Of a DNA stretch of 64,000 bases, positions 41,794-51,401 are shown piece after piece. The translations under genes and the position numbers were made by a program. Each line of letters opens with the position of its first letter. Position 1 is the first letter of the stretch. Under the pieces are notes generated by a model. That model ran no database searches. It saw only the letters and a program-made list of their open reading frames with translations, and had not been told where the DNA came from. This stretch comes from Candidatus Stammera capleta (GTDB taxonomy: Bacteria > Pseudomonadota > Gammaproteobacteria > Enterobacterales > Enterobacteriaceae). The stretch lies in NCBI GenBank assembly GCA_036689245.1, contig CP144771.1, positions 246,274-310,273 of the forward strand, in the 5' to 3' direction.

Positions 41794-43053
41794 TTAAGAT
41801 CTTTTCATCATTTCAAAAAAATTATAATTAGTTTTAGTCATAGATAATTTTTTAATTAAAAATTCCATAATTTCAACTTCATTCATAGATTGAACTATTC
41901 TTCTTAAAATCCACATTTTTTTTAATTCTTCTATAGAAGTAAGTAATTCTTCTTTACGAGTACCAGACCTATTATAATCTATAGCTGGAAAAATTCTTTT
42001 TTCAGCAATTTTACGAGATAAATGTAATTCCATATTACCAGTTCCCTTAAATTCTTCATATATTACTTCATCCATTTTAGATCCAGTATCAATTAAAGCA
42101 GTAGCTATTATAGTTAAACTACCACCTTCTTCTACATTTCTAGCTGCTCCAAAAAATCTTTTAGGTCTATGTAAAGCATTAGCATCTATTCCACCAGTTA
42201 AAATTTTACCAGAAGCAGGAATTACAGTATTATAAGCTCTAGCTAATCTAGTTATAGAATCTAATAATATTACTACATCTTTCTTATGTTCTACTAATCT
42301 TTTAGTTTTTTCTATAACCATTTCAGCAACTTGAATATGTCTTAAAGCGGGTTCATCAAATGTAGAAGCTATAACTTCTCCTTTAACTAAACGATACATA
42401 TCTGTAACTTCTTCAGGTCTTTCATCTATTAATAATACTATTAAAACACAATTAGGATAATTATTACTTATACTTCTAGCTATACTTTGTAATAAAACTG
42501 TTTTACCTGCTTTAGGTGGAGCTACAATTAATCCTCTTTGTCCTTTACCAATTGGAGAAGCTAAATCTAAAACACGTGAAGTAATATCATCAAAAGAACC
42601 ATCTCCTTTTTCCATATATAAACGAAAATTAGCATGTAAAGGAGTTAAATTTTCAAATAATATTTTAGTACGAGCATTTTCAGGTTTATTATAATTAATT
42701 TTATTAACTTTTAATAAAGCAAAATATCTTTCTACTTCTTTAGGAGGACGTATTTTACCAGAAATAGTATCACCAGTTCTAAGATTAAATCTACGTATTT
42801 GACTAGGAGATACATAAATATCATCAGGACCTGCTAAATATGAACTATCAGAAGATCTTAAAAAACCAAATCCATCTTGTAATATTTCTAAAACACCATT
42901 TCCAAATATATCTTCACCACTTTTTGAATGTTGTTTTAATATAGTAAAAATTATATCTTGTTTACGCATTCTAGCTAAATTTTCTAAACCTATTTTTTCA
43001 CCTAAAATAATTAATTTAGAAACTGATAAATTTTTTAATTCCGTAAGATTCAT
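41794..43053 (-). CDS. rho: Transcription termination factor Rho
   Basis: 419 aa, same length as E. coli Rho and by eye about 85% identical along its whole length (MNLTELKN...FFEMMKRS). Confidence 0.99.
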   Translation of the reverse strand: MNLTELKNLSVSKLIILGEKIGLENLARMRKQDIIFTILKQHSKSGEDIFGNGVLEILQDGFGFLRSSDSSYLAGPDDIYVSPSQIRRFNLRTGDTISGKIRPPKEVERYFALLKVNKINYNKPENARTKILFENLTPLHANFRLYMEKGDGSFDDITSRVLDLASPIGKGQRGLIVAPPKAGKTVLLQSIARSISNNYPNCVLIVLLIDERPEEVTDMYRLVKGEVIASTFDEPALRHIQVAEMVIEKTKRLVEHKKDVVILLDSITRLARAYNTVIPASGKILTGGIDANALHRPKRFFGAARNVEEGGSLTIIATALIDTGSKMDEVIYEEFKGTGNMELHLSRKIAEKRIFPAIDYNRSGTRKEELLTSIEELKKMWILRRIVQSMNEVEIMEFLIKKLSMTKTNYNFFEMMKRS

Positions 43054-43160
43054 AATATTAAACTACTAATTATAATTTTTAAAAAATAATATAATTTATA
43101 TAAATAAAAATAATTTTAAAAAATTTTTAAAATATTAATATATAAAATTAGAAAAAATAT

Positions 43161-43502
43161 TTATTTTTTTAAATTAATATTATCTAATTTAAAAAATCTT
43201 ACTAAATTAAATTTATCTAAAAAACCTATTTTTTTACGTAATAAAATACCATTTTTAAATAAAATTAAAGTCGGAACACTTTGTATATTATATTTTTTAA
43301 CAATAATATTAGATTCTTCAATATTTAATTTAACAAATTTAATTTTACTAGAATATTCTTTATATAAATCATTAAAAATACTAACAAATAATTTACAAGG
43401 TCCACACCATTTAGCCCAGAAATCCATTATAACATACCCATTATAATTTAATACTTCTTCATTAAAATTATTATCATTAATATCTAAAATATTTATACTC
43501 AT
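43161..43502 (-). CDS. trxA: Thioredoxin 1
   Basis: 113 aa. Active site WAKWCGPCK. trxA-rho synteny. Confidence 0.95.
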   Translation of the reverse strand: MSINILDINDNNFNEEVLNYNGYVIMDFWAKWCGPCKLFVSIFNDLYKEYSSKIKFVKLNIEESNIIVKKYNIQSVPTLILFKNGILLRKKIGFLDKFNLVRFFKLDNINLKK

Positions 43503-43832
43503 TAAAACCTCATTAATACTAATAAATTTTATTACACTAAATTAATTAATTAAATATCTATTTTTTAAAAAATATAAAAATTTAAATATTTTATATTTTA
43601 AATAAATTTAATTAATCTTGAAAAAAGTTATAACTAATATTATATATTAACTATATATATTTAAAAGTAAAATTAAATATTAAATATTAATTTAATTTTT
43701 TTTAAAAAAATAAAAAAATATAAATATAAATTTTTATTTAAAATAAATAAAATCTACTATTATTATTGTTATAATATAAAATTATATTATAAATTAAATT
43801 AGTTTTAAAAACTTTTTTAATAAGAGAAAAAA

Positions 43833-44156
43833 ATGATAACATCAAGTAAATTTAATATAGGACAAATAGTACGACATAAATTATTAGGATTTTTAGGTGT
43901 AATTATAGATATAGATCCAGAATATTCTTTAAATGATAATAATTATTCTGAAGATTTTAAAAATAATAAATTCATAAAAAAATTACCATGGTATCATGTA
44001 ATAATGGAAGATGACAATGGTTATCCAATACATACATATCTATCAGAAATCCAATTATCATGGGAAATACAAAAAGAATATTCTGAACAACAATCTTTGT
44101 ATGAATTATCTACTTCAATTAAAAAACAATTAAATAATATAAAACTTAAAAATTAA
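43833..44156 (+). CDS. hspQ: Heat shock protein HspQ (YccV, hemimethylated-DNA-binding family)
   Basis: 107 aa. SKFNIGQIVRHKLLGFLGVIIDIDPEYSL...PWYHVIMEDDNGYPIHTYLSE compared with E. coli [29 protein letters not shown]...[21 protein letters not shown]. Confidence 0.93.
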   Translation: MITSSKFNIGQIVRHKLLGFLGVIIDIDPEYSLNDNNYSEDFKNNKFIKKLPWYHVIMEDDNGYPIHTYLSEIQLSWEIQKEYSEQQSLYELSTSIKKQLNNIKLKN

Positions 44157-44165
44157 TATTTAAAA

Positions 44166-44543
44166 ATGAATATATATGGAATAGGAATAGATATATTAGA
44201 AATTAAAAGAATCAAAAAACTTAAAAAAAAAACTATAAAAAAATTATCAAAAAAAATTCTAACTAATTTAGAATATAAAAAATATAAAAAAAACAAAAAA
44301 AAAAAATATTTTTTAGCAAAAAAATTTGTAGCTAAAGAAGCTGTTTCAAAAGCATTAGGTATAGGAATTAAAAATGGAACAATTTTAAATTGTATTGAAA
44401 TATTCAATAATTCAAATGGTAAACCTAAAGTTAAATTAATTAATAAAAAAAATATTTTTAAAAAAGAAAAAATTAAAAAAATTCATATAAGCATAACAGA
44501 TGAAAAAAAATACGCTCAAGCTTTTGTTATTATAGAAAAATAA
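44166..44543 (+). CDS. acpS: Holo-[acyl-carrier-protein] synthase
   Basis: 125 aa. YGIGIDILEIKRI, FVAKEAVSKALG and a C-terminal AQAFVIIE. Confidence 0.9.
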   Translation: MNIYGIGIDILEIKRIKKLKKKTIKKLSKKILTNLEYKKYKKNKKKKYFLAKKFVAKEAVSKALGIGIKNGTILNCIEIFNNSNGKPKVKLINKKNIFKKEKIKKIHISITDEKKYAQAFVIIEK

Positions 44544-44552
44544 TTTAAAAAA

Positions 44553-45410
44553 TTATAAAGAATATAACCAAATAATTTCTTCTCTTAAATATTTAATATC
44601 TCTAGTTTCTAAAATTATTGGAATATTATTAAATAATTTATTTCTCATAATCCAGTAAAAAACAATTTTTCCTAAATAACTTTTTTTTAATATAGTATGT
44701 CTATCTATTTTAGAATAAAATTTATATTTACTACCACTTAAATGTAAAGCTTTTAAATATCTTAATCCAATAATATTTTCAAATTTTGAAAATACATTTT
44801 CACAATTTTCAAAATTTCTTAAATCATAACCTGCATTAAATGCATGACATACATCAAAACATACACCTATACGAGATTTATCGTATACTAAATCTATTAC
44901 TTTTGATATATGATTAAAATCATAACATATACATGTACCTTGACCAGACATATTTTCTATTAATAATATAACTTTTTTAGTTTTACTAATTACATAATTA
45001 ATTGAATTAGACAAAATAATCAAAGAATATTCTTTTGATATTAAATTTAAATTATATCCAGGATGGAAAACTATATATTTTAATCCTAATTTAAAACAAA
45101 AGTTTACTTCATTAATAAAATTATTAACATAAACAATTAATTTTTTTTTATAAGGTGAACATAAATTAATAAAAAAACTACTATGAGGTAATATATAATC
45201 TTTAGAAAAATTATATTTTATACATGCTAAATTAAATTTTTTATGAAAAGAATGATATAATTTTTTGTTATTAAATATAAAATTATTAAATAAAAAAGAA
45301 AAAGACATAGAATTTAATTTACTAGCAAATTTAATTTGGTCTAAAATATTAGACCATATATTTATATATATACCTATATATTTTTTTTTTTCTTTTAAAA
45401 TATTCATCAT
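44553..45410 (-). CDS. nfo: Endonuclease IV
   Basis: 285 aa. All recalled metal ligands appear present: ILPHSS, FHPG, LIENM, DVCHAF, LHLS, IDRH and ILET. Confidence 0.92.
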   Translation of the reverse strand: MMNILKEKKKYIGIYINIWSNILDQIKFASKLNSMSFSFLFNNFIFNNKKLYHSFHKKFNLACIKYNFSKDYILPHSSFFINLCSPYKKKLIVYVNNFINEVNFCFKLGLKYIVFHPGYNLNLISKEYSLIILSNSINYVISKTKKVILLIENMSGQGTCICYDFNHISKVIDLVYDKSRIGVCFDVCHAFNAGYDLRNFENCENVFSKFENIIGLRYLKALHLSGSKYKFYSKIDRHTILKKSYLGKIVFYWIMRNKLFNNIPIILETRDIKYLREEIIWLYSL

Positions 45411-45464
45411 AAAAATTATTATATATATAATATATATATTAATAAATATATACTTGGAATAATA

Positions 45465-45749
45465 ATGAAAAATATAATTAAAGCTAAATATAGAAAAATA
45501 ATTGGTACTAAATATAGTAAAAAAATAAGATTAATTAATAAAATACCAGCTATAATATATTATTATATGAATAATATATTAATTGAAATTAATCATAATG
45601 ATATTTTTAATATTATTAAAAATAAAAAACATAAATTAATAATAATTAATTTAAAAAATAAAAAAATAAATACTAATATACATGATATACAATATCATCC
45701 ATACAAAAAAAAAATATTACATGTTGATTTTATCTTTAAAAAAACATAA
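45465..45749 (+). CDS. rplY: 50S ribosomal protein L25
   Basis: 94 aa. KIPAIIYY...IEINHNDIF...DIQYHPYKKKILHVDF compared with E. coli KFPAIIYG...IELDHDKVM...DVQRHPYKPKLQHIDF. Confidence 0.9.
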   Translation: MKNIIKAKYRKIIGTKYSKKIRLINKIPAIIYYYMNNILIEINHNDIFNIIKNKKHKLIIINLKNKKINTNIHDIQYHPYKKKILHVDFIFKKT

Positions 45750-45757
45750 TTTATATA

Positions 45758-45830
45758 TGGGTCGTACAGGAATCGAACCTGTGACCAATTGATTAAAAGT
45801 CAACTGCTCTACCATCTGAGCTAACGACCC
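45758..45830 (-). tRNA. tRNA-Lys (anticodon TTT)
   Basis: GGGTCGTTAGCTCAGATGGTAGAGCAGTTGACTTTTAATCAATTGGTCACAGGTTCGATTCCTGTACGACCCA, near-identical to E. coli tRNA-Lys. No encoded CCA. Confidence 0.95.
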
Positions 45831-45913
45831 ATTATTTAATATGAATTGTAACATAATATAAAAAATATACAACCAAAAAAATATAAAATTAATATATAAA
45901 AATATTTAAAAAA

Positions 45914-46363
45914 ATGAAAAATATTATAGAAATAATAAGAATAAATCCTAAATCTAAAATACCTAAAAAAATAACTAATGGATCTTCCGGATTAGATATT
46001 AGAGCTTGTATAGATAATAATATAACTATTGAATCTTATTCAACAAAATTAATTAATACAGGAATATCTATATATATAAAAAATAAAAATATTACAGCTT
46101 TAATAATACCTAGATCAGGATTAGGACATAAAAAAGGAATTATTTTAGGTAATAGTATTGGTTTAATAGATTCTGATTACCAAGGTGAAATATTAATTTC
46201 ACTATTTAATAGAAGCAATAAAAAATTTATAGTAAAAAATTTTCAAAGAATAGCACAAATTATATTTATTCCTTTAATAAATATTAAATTTAATGAAGTA
46301 AAAATTTTTAAAAATAAAACTAAAAGATTTATACATGGATTCGGACATACAGGTAATAAATAA
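45914..46363 (+). CDS. dut: dUTP diphosphatase
   Basis: 149 aa. GSSGLDIRA, PRSGLGHKKGI and GLIDSDYQGE. Confidence 0.95.
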   Translation: MKNIIEIIRINPKSKIPKKITNGSSGLDIRACIDNNITIESYSTKLINTGISIYIKNKNITALIIPRSGLGHKKGIILGNSIGLIDSDYQGEILISLFNRSNKKFIVKNFQRIAQIIFIPLINIKFNEVKIFKNKTKRFIHGFGHTGNK

Positions 46364-46375
46364 TCATAATTTAAA

Positions 46376-47695
46376 ATGGAAAAATCAATAATTAAAAAAA
46401 TTAAAAAAAACATTAAAAATTATAAAAACTTTTTAATAGGATTTAGTGGAGGTATAGATTCTACAGTATTACTGTATATAATGTATAAACTTAAAAAAAA
46501 AAATAATTTTAATATTAGAGTAATCCATATTAATCATAATATACACACAAAATGTAAAATATGGGAAAAACATTGTATAAAAATATGTAATAAACTAAAA
46601 ATTAAATTAATAATAAAAAATATAATTTTAAATAACAAATTTTCTAATTTAGAAAGTGAATTAAGAAAAAATAGATACAGATTATATAATGAAAATATAA
46701 TTAAAAATGAAATTTTGCTAACTGCACATCATTTAAATGATCAATGTGAAACAATATTATTAGCTCTTAAAAGAGGAAGTGGATTAAAAGGAATAACAGG
46801 TATTAATAAAATAATGAAATTTAAAAATAAAATTTTTATTAGACCTCTATTAAATATTTCTAAAAAAGATATAAATAAATATGCTTTAAAACATAATTTG
46901 AAATGGATTAATGACCCTAATAATAAAAATATTAATTTAGATAGAAATTATTTAAGAATAAAAATAATTCCTAAATTACTAAATAGATGGCCATTTTTTT
47001 TAAAAACAATAAATAGAAGTTCAGAAATATGTTTTAATCAAGAAAATTTAATTAAAAATTTATTAAAAAATAAATTTAATTATGTTTTAGAAAAAAATAA
47101 TTCATTAAATATTATTAAAATTAATAAACTTAGTAAAGAAGAAAAAATTTTTATTTTAAGAAAATGGATTAATTTAAATAATCATAAAATGATATCTTTT
47201 AAATTAATTAATTTATTATGTTCTTTTATTAAAAAAGAACAAAATAATTTCCAATTAAGTTTAGGAAAATATTTTATTAAAATATATAATAAACATATAT
47301 TTTTAATAGAAAATTATAAAATAATAAATCCAAAAATATTTTTATGGAATAAAGAAAAAAAATATTTTATTTTACCTAATAAAATAGGATTTTTATATAT
47401 TAAAAAAAAAACAAAAAAAAATTTAGTTAGAAAACCATATAAAAATGAATTAATTTATATTAAATTTCAAACTAATGATTTAATTAAAAGAAAAGGAAAA
47501 ATTAAAAAAAAAATTAAAAAAATTTTTAAAGAAATTAAAGTTAATCCATGGGAAAGAAAAAACACACCAGTAATATATTATAATGACAATCCTATTATAT
47601 CACCAAACTTATTTATTACAGAAAAAAGTATTCCAAAAAATAAAGAATATTGGTCAATAAATTTTAAAAAATTTTCATTTAAATTTTTTAATTAA
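46376..47695 (+). CDS. tilS: tRNA(Ile)-lysidine synthase
   Basis: 439 aa. PP-loop GFSGGIDSTVLL and AHHLNDQCETILL. Confidence 0.93.
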   Translation: MEKSIIKKIKKNIKNYKNFLIGFSGGIDSTVLLYIMYKLKKKNNFNIRVIHINHNIHTKCKIWEKHCIKICNKLKIKLIIKNIILNNKFSNLESELRKNRYRLYNENIIKNEILLTAHHLNDQCETILLALKRGSGLKGITGINKIMKFKNKIFIRPLLNISKKDINKYALKHNLKWINDPNNKNINLDRNYLRIKIIPKLLNRWPFFLKTINRSSEICFNQENLIKNLLKNKFNYVLEKNNSLNIIKINKLSKEEKIFILRKWINLNNHKMISFKLINLLCSFIKKEQNNFQLSLGKYFIKIYNKHIFLIENYKIINPKIFLWNKEKKYFILPNKIGFLYIKKKTKKNLVRKPYKNELIYIKFQTNDLIKRKGKIKKKIKKIFKEIKVNPWERKNTPVIYYNDNPIISPNLFITEKSIPKNKEYWSINFKKFSFKFFN

Positions 47696-49366
47696 AAAAT
47701 TATATATATTTATTAACGATATAAATTCAGTTAAATTATTCAATCTATCTTTAAATTCTATATATCCATTACTAAAAACTTTTTTACTTATTATAAGTAT
47801 ATTAGGTACACCTATTAATTCTAAATCAGTTAACATTTCACCAAAATATAATTTTCTATCATCTAATATAACATTAATTTCATTTTTTAATAAATAATAA
47901 TATATATCAAAAGATAAATTATATAAATAATTATATTTATACATATTTATAGGTATAATAGCTAATTTAAAATTAGCTATAGAATTAGGCCAAATTATAC
48001 CATTATCATTATGATAATAATCAACTAATGAATATATTATTCTACTTATACCTATACCATAACAACCCATATATAAATATTTATTAATTTTATTTTTATT
48101 TAAAAATATCTTATAATATTCATCCATTAATTTAAATATATGAGCAATTTCTATAGAAGAATAAACAGAAACATTATTTTTAATAAATTTATTTTTTTTT
48201 TTTAAATTAAAACTTATATTTTTACATATATCAAAAAAATTTGATACACAAATATTTTTTCCCCAATTAACATTCTTATAAAAAATATTATTTTTATTAG
48301 AACCAATAACAAAATTTTTTACACTAATTAAAGAATAATCTACTATTACCTTATAATTAAAACCTAAAGGACTTAAAAAAAAACTATTTATATTAAATTT
48401 AATAAAAATTTCATTATTAGAATAAACTTTTATTTTTTTAGCTAATGGAAAAATTTTACTAATTTTTAATAAATCTAATTTTCTATTATAAGGTAACATA
48501 AAAAAAATTTTTTTTTTTTTTTTAAAATAAAATTTAATTAAAATAGTTTTAACATAAAAAAAATTTTTAAATAAAAAACTTAAATTAAATTCATTTTTTA
48601 TATCTATAAAATCAATTTTATTTAAATTAAAATTTTTAGTAAAAAATGAAAAATCAATATTTTTAATATTTACAGAATAAGTATTAAATAAATTTTTTTT
48701 ATCTATATAAATTTTATTTTCACCATTTTTTGATAAAACATGAAATTCATGTGAAATAAAACCTCCAATTTTACCACAATTTGCTTCCTTATAATAAACA
48801 TTAAGACATATTTTTTTAAAAATATTTTCATAAATATTAAACATTTCATAATAAATTCTATCTAAACATTTTTTAGATTTATGAAAAGAATATGCATCTT
48901 TCATTATAAATTCACGAGATCTATTAACACCTAAACATGGTCTAATTTCATCTCTAAATTTAGTTTGAATTTGATAAAAAATTTTAGGTAAATTAAATAA
49001 TTTTTCTTCACATATTAATTTAGTTATAACTTCTTCATGTGTAGGAGATAATATAAACAATTTATTTTTCCTATCATATAAAGTAAATATTTCTTTACCA
49101 TATTTACATAATCTATTACTTTTAAACCATATATTAACTGGATTAATTATAGGCATCAAAAGTTCTAAAGAACCTATTTTACTCATTTCTAATTTAACAA
49201 TATTAATTATATTGTTAATAATTTTAAATCCATTAGGTAACCATATATATATTCCAGATGATAATTTTCTTATTAACCCACCTTTAACCATTAAATTAAA
49301 AACTAAATTACCACTATTAGAAAAATCATTTTTTGAAGTAAATAAACAATATTCAGTAACTTTCAT
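47675..49366 (-). CDS. proS: Proline--tRNA ligase
   Basis: 563 aa. Class II motifs FRDEIRPCLGVNRSREFIMKDAYSFH and GCYGIGISR. Size as in E. coli, including the insertion (editing) domain region. Confidence 0.94.
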   Translation of the reverse strand: MKVTEYCLFTSKNDFSNSGNLVFNLMVKGGLIRKLSSGIYIWLPNGFKIINNIINIVKLEMSKIGSLELLMPIINPVNIWFKSNRLCKYGKEIFTLYDRKNKLFILSPTHEEVITKLICEEKLFNLPKIFYQIQTKFRDEIRPCLGVNRSREFIMKDAYSFHKSKKCLDRIYYEMFNIYENIFKKICLNVYYKEANCGKIGGFISHEFHVLSKNGENKIYIDKKNLFNTYSVNIKNIDFSFFTKNFNLNKIDFIDIKNEFNLSFLFKNFFYVKTILIKFYFKKKKKIFFMLPYNRKLDLLKISKIFPLAKKIKVYSNNEIFIKFNINSFFLSPLGFNYKVIVDYSLISVKNFVIGSNKNNIFYKNVNWGKNICVSNFFDICKNISFNLKKKNKFIKNNVSVYSSIEIAHIFKLMDEYYKIFLNKNKINKYLYMGCYGIGISRIIYSLVDYYHNDNGIIWPNSIANFKLAIIPINMYKYNYLYNLSFDIYYYLLKNEINVILDDRKLYFGEMLTDLELIGVPNILIISKKVFSNGYIEFKDRLNNLTEFISLINIYNFLIKKFK

Positions 49367-49399
49367 AATTAATTTTATTAATTTATATAAAAATATTAA

Positions 49400-49753
49400 T
49401 TATTTAACAGATACAAAATCACCTAAATAATTTCCTCCTAAAAGATGAAGATGTAAATAATCTATTTCTTGACCACTATGGTTGTTACAATTTATAACAA
49501 CTCTATAACCACTTTTATCAATCTTTTTTTCTTTAGCAATCTTAGATGAAGTAATTAATAATTTACCTAATATTTTTATATTAGAATTATTTACATAATT
49601 TAAATTCTTAATATAAACATTTGGAATAATAATAATATGAACTAAAGATTTAGGATTAATATCATTAAAAACAGTTACAAATTTATCTTTATAAATAAAA
49701 TTCATTTTAACTTTATTATTTACTATTTTACTAAAAATATTATTATCAATCAT
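49400..49753 (-). CDS. hinT: HIT-family purine nucleoside phosphoramidase HinT
   Basis: 117 aa. IFSKIV, histidine triad HLHLHLLGG. Colinear with E. coli HinT. Confidence 0.92.
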   Translation of the reverse strand: MIDNNIFSKIVNNKVKMNFIYKDKFVTVFNDINPKSLVHIIIIPNVYIKNLNYVNNSNIKILGKLLITSSKIAKEKKIDKSGYRVVINCNNHSGQEIDYLHLHLLGGNYLGDFVSVK

Positions 49754-49940
49754 ATAAAATTATATATAAATCTAAAATTATTAATAACTAAAACAAAAAA
49801 ATAATTTAAAAAAAAATTATTTTAGTATAATATATACTATATATAATACATAAATAAATGTATATTTTAAATATATATATTCATATATAATATGAATTTA
49901 TATTACTAAAAAATATTTTAAAAAATACAATTATATAAAT

Positions 49941-50015
49941 AGGTCTATAGCTCAGTTGGTTTAGAGCACACCCCTGATAAGGGTGAGGTCAGTGGTTCAA
50001 ATCCACTTAGACCTA
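49941..50015 (+). tRNA. tRNA-Ile (anticodon GAT)
   Basis: AGGTCTATAGCTCAGTTGGTTTAGAGCACACCCCTGATAAGGGTGAGGTCAGTGGTTCAAATCCACTTAGACCTA, close to E. coli ileT. No encoded CCA. Confidence 0.95.
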
Positions 50016-50023
50016 TATAAAAA

Positions 50024-50096
50024 GGGGGTATAATTTAATTGGTAGAATATTGGTCTCCAAAACCAAAAGCTGAAGGTTCAAATCCTTCTACCCCTG
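50024..50096 (+). tRNA. tRNA-Trp (anticodon CCA)
   Basis: Acceptor GGGGGTA/TACCCCT and anticodon arm TTGGT-CTCCAAA-ACCAA. 8 nt downstream of tRNA-Ile. No encoded CCA. Confidence 0.9.
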
Positions 50097-50120
50097 TAAA
50101 AACATATTATTTTAATTCTA

Positions 50121-51401
50121 TTAAAATAATGGTAAATAAAATTTAATTAAAAACCCTCCTATTTTACTTTTACCAGTTTTTATTTTACCATTATGATAAT
50201 TAATAATTATATTTTTAATAATTGATAATCCTAATCCTTTTCCAAAATTATTTAAATTTTTATTTTTTAATAAACTTACACCTCTTGTAAATGGTTTAAA
50301 TAAATTATCAATATCTTTATAAGATATTCCTAAACCATTATCTTCTATTTTTAACCATACATAATTTTTTTTTTTTTTAGAAAATCCACTACTAACTATA
50401 ATATAATTATTACCATACATAATAGAATTATTTAAAATATTACAAATTACACGTTTAATTAAAAAACTATTTAAACGTACATTTAAATTTTTATCTATAA
50501 GAGAAATTTTAATTTTATTAATAATTCTAATTTTAGAATTTATAACTTCATTAACTAAATTATTAAAATTTACTATTTCATATCTAATTTTATTTTTTTT
50601 ATTAAAATTAATATAATCTAAAAAACAATCAATTAAAATATTACATTCTTCAACATCTTTTTTTATATCAATAATAAAATTATTTTTCAAATAATTTTTT
50701 TCTATAATTTCAATTGATAATATTATACGAGTTAAAGGCATTCTTAAATCATGACTAATACCAGCTATATCTAAAATTCTATTTTTAAAATAAATATTTA
50801 TATTTTTAATAAAATTAAAATTTTTTTTTATAAAAAAATAGAATTCTATATTAATAATTTTTATTATATACTTTATAAATTTATAATTTTTAACTAAAAA
50901 TTTTAACTTAAAAATATTTAAAATATTAAATTCATTTAAAAAATAAATTTTAAATATATAAAAAAAAAACCAAATTATAAAAAAAAAATTATATATATAT
51001 ATATATATTAAACCTAAATCAAAAAAGTTTTTTATTTTAATAAAATTTAAATAATTTAAATAAAAATTTTTATCTAAAATAAAAAAATATGAATTATATA
51101 TATTCATATATAATAATGAATTACCAAAATATATTTTGGTATATTTATTATACTTAAAAAGTTCACATAAATAATATATAATATATTTTTTTAAAATAAA
51201 ATTTTTTTTTTCAAAATAAAAATTTTTTATTTTATAAATAAAAAATAAATTAACACTATTTTTAAATAATATTATAACTAATTTATTTAAAAAAAAATAA
51301 AAAAAAAATAAATTAAAAATTAACAATAAACAAAATAAAAATAAAGAACGATTTAAAAAACTTAAAGGAAAAAAATTATTATATTTCATTACTACTTCCA
51401 T
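50121..51401 (-). CDS. envZ: Sensor histidine kinase EnvZ (kinase core conserved, N-terminal sensor/HAMP half degenerate)
   Basis: 426 aa. H-box GISHDLRMPLTRI, N-box NILNNSIMYGN, G1 EDNGLGI...LFKPFTRG, G2 GKGLGLSII. Downstream of ompR and overlapping it. Confidence 0.9.
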   Translation of the reverse strand: MEVVMKYNNFFPLSFLNRSLFLFCLLLIFNLFFFYFFLNKLVIILFKNSVNLFFIYKIKNFYFEKKNFILKKYIIYYLCELFKYNKYTKIYFGNSLLYMNIYNSYFFILDKNFYLNYLNFIKIKNFFDLGLIYIYIYNFFFIIWFFFYIFKIYFLNEFNILNIFKLKFLVKNYKFIKYIIKIINIEFYFFIKKNFNFIKNINIYFKNRILDIAGISHDLRMPLTRIILSIEIIEKNYLKNNFIIDIKKDVEECNILIDCFLDYINFNKKNKIRYEIVNFNNLVNEVINSKIRIINKIKISLIDKNLNVRLNSFLIKRVICNILNNSIMYGNNYIIVSSGFSKKKKNYVWLKIEDNGLGISYKDIDNLFKPFTRGVSLLKNKNLNNFGKGLGLSIIKNIIINYHNGKIKTGKSKIGGFLIKFYLPLF

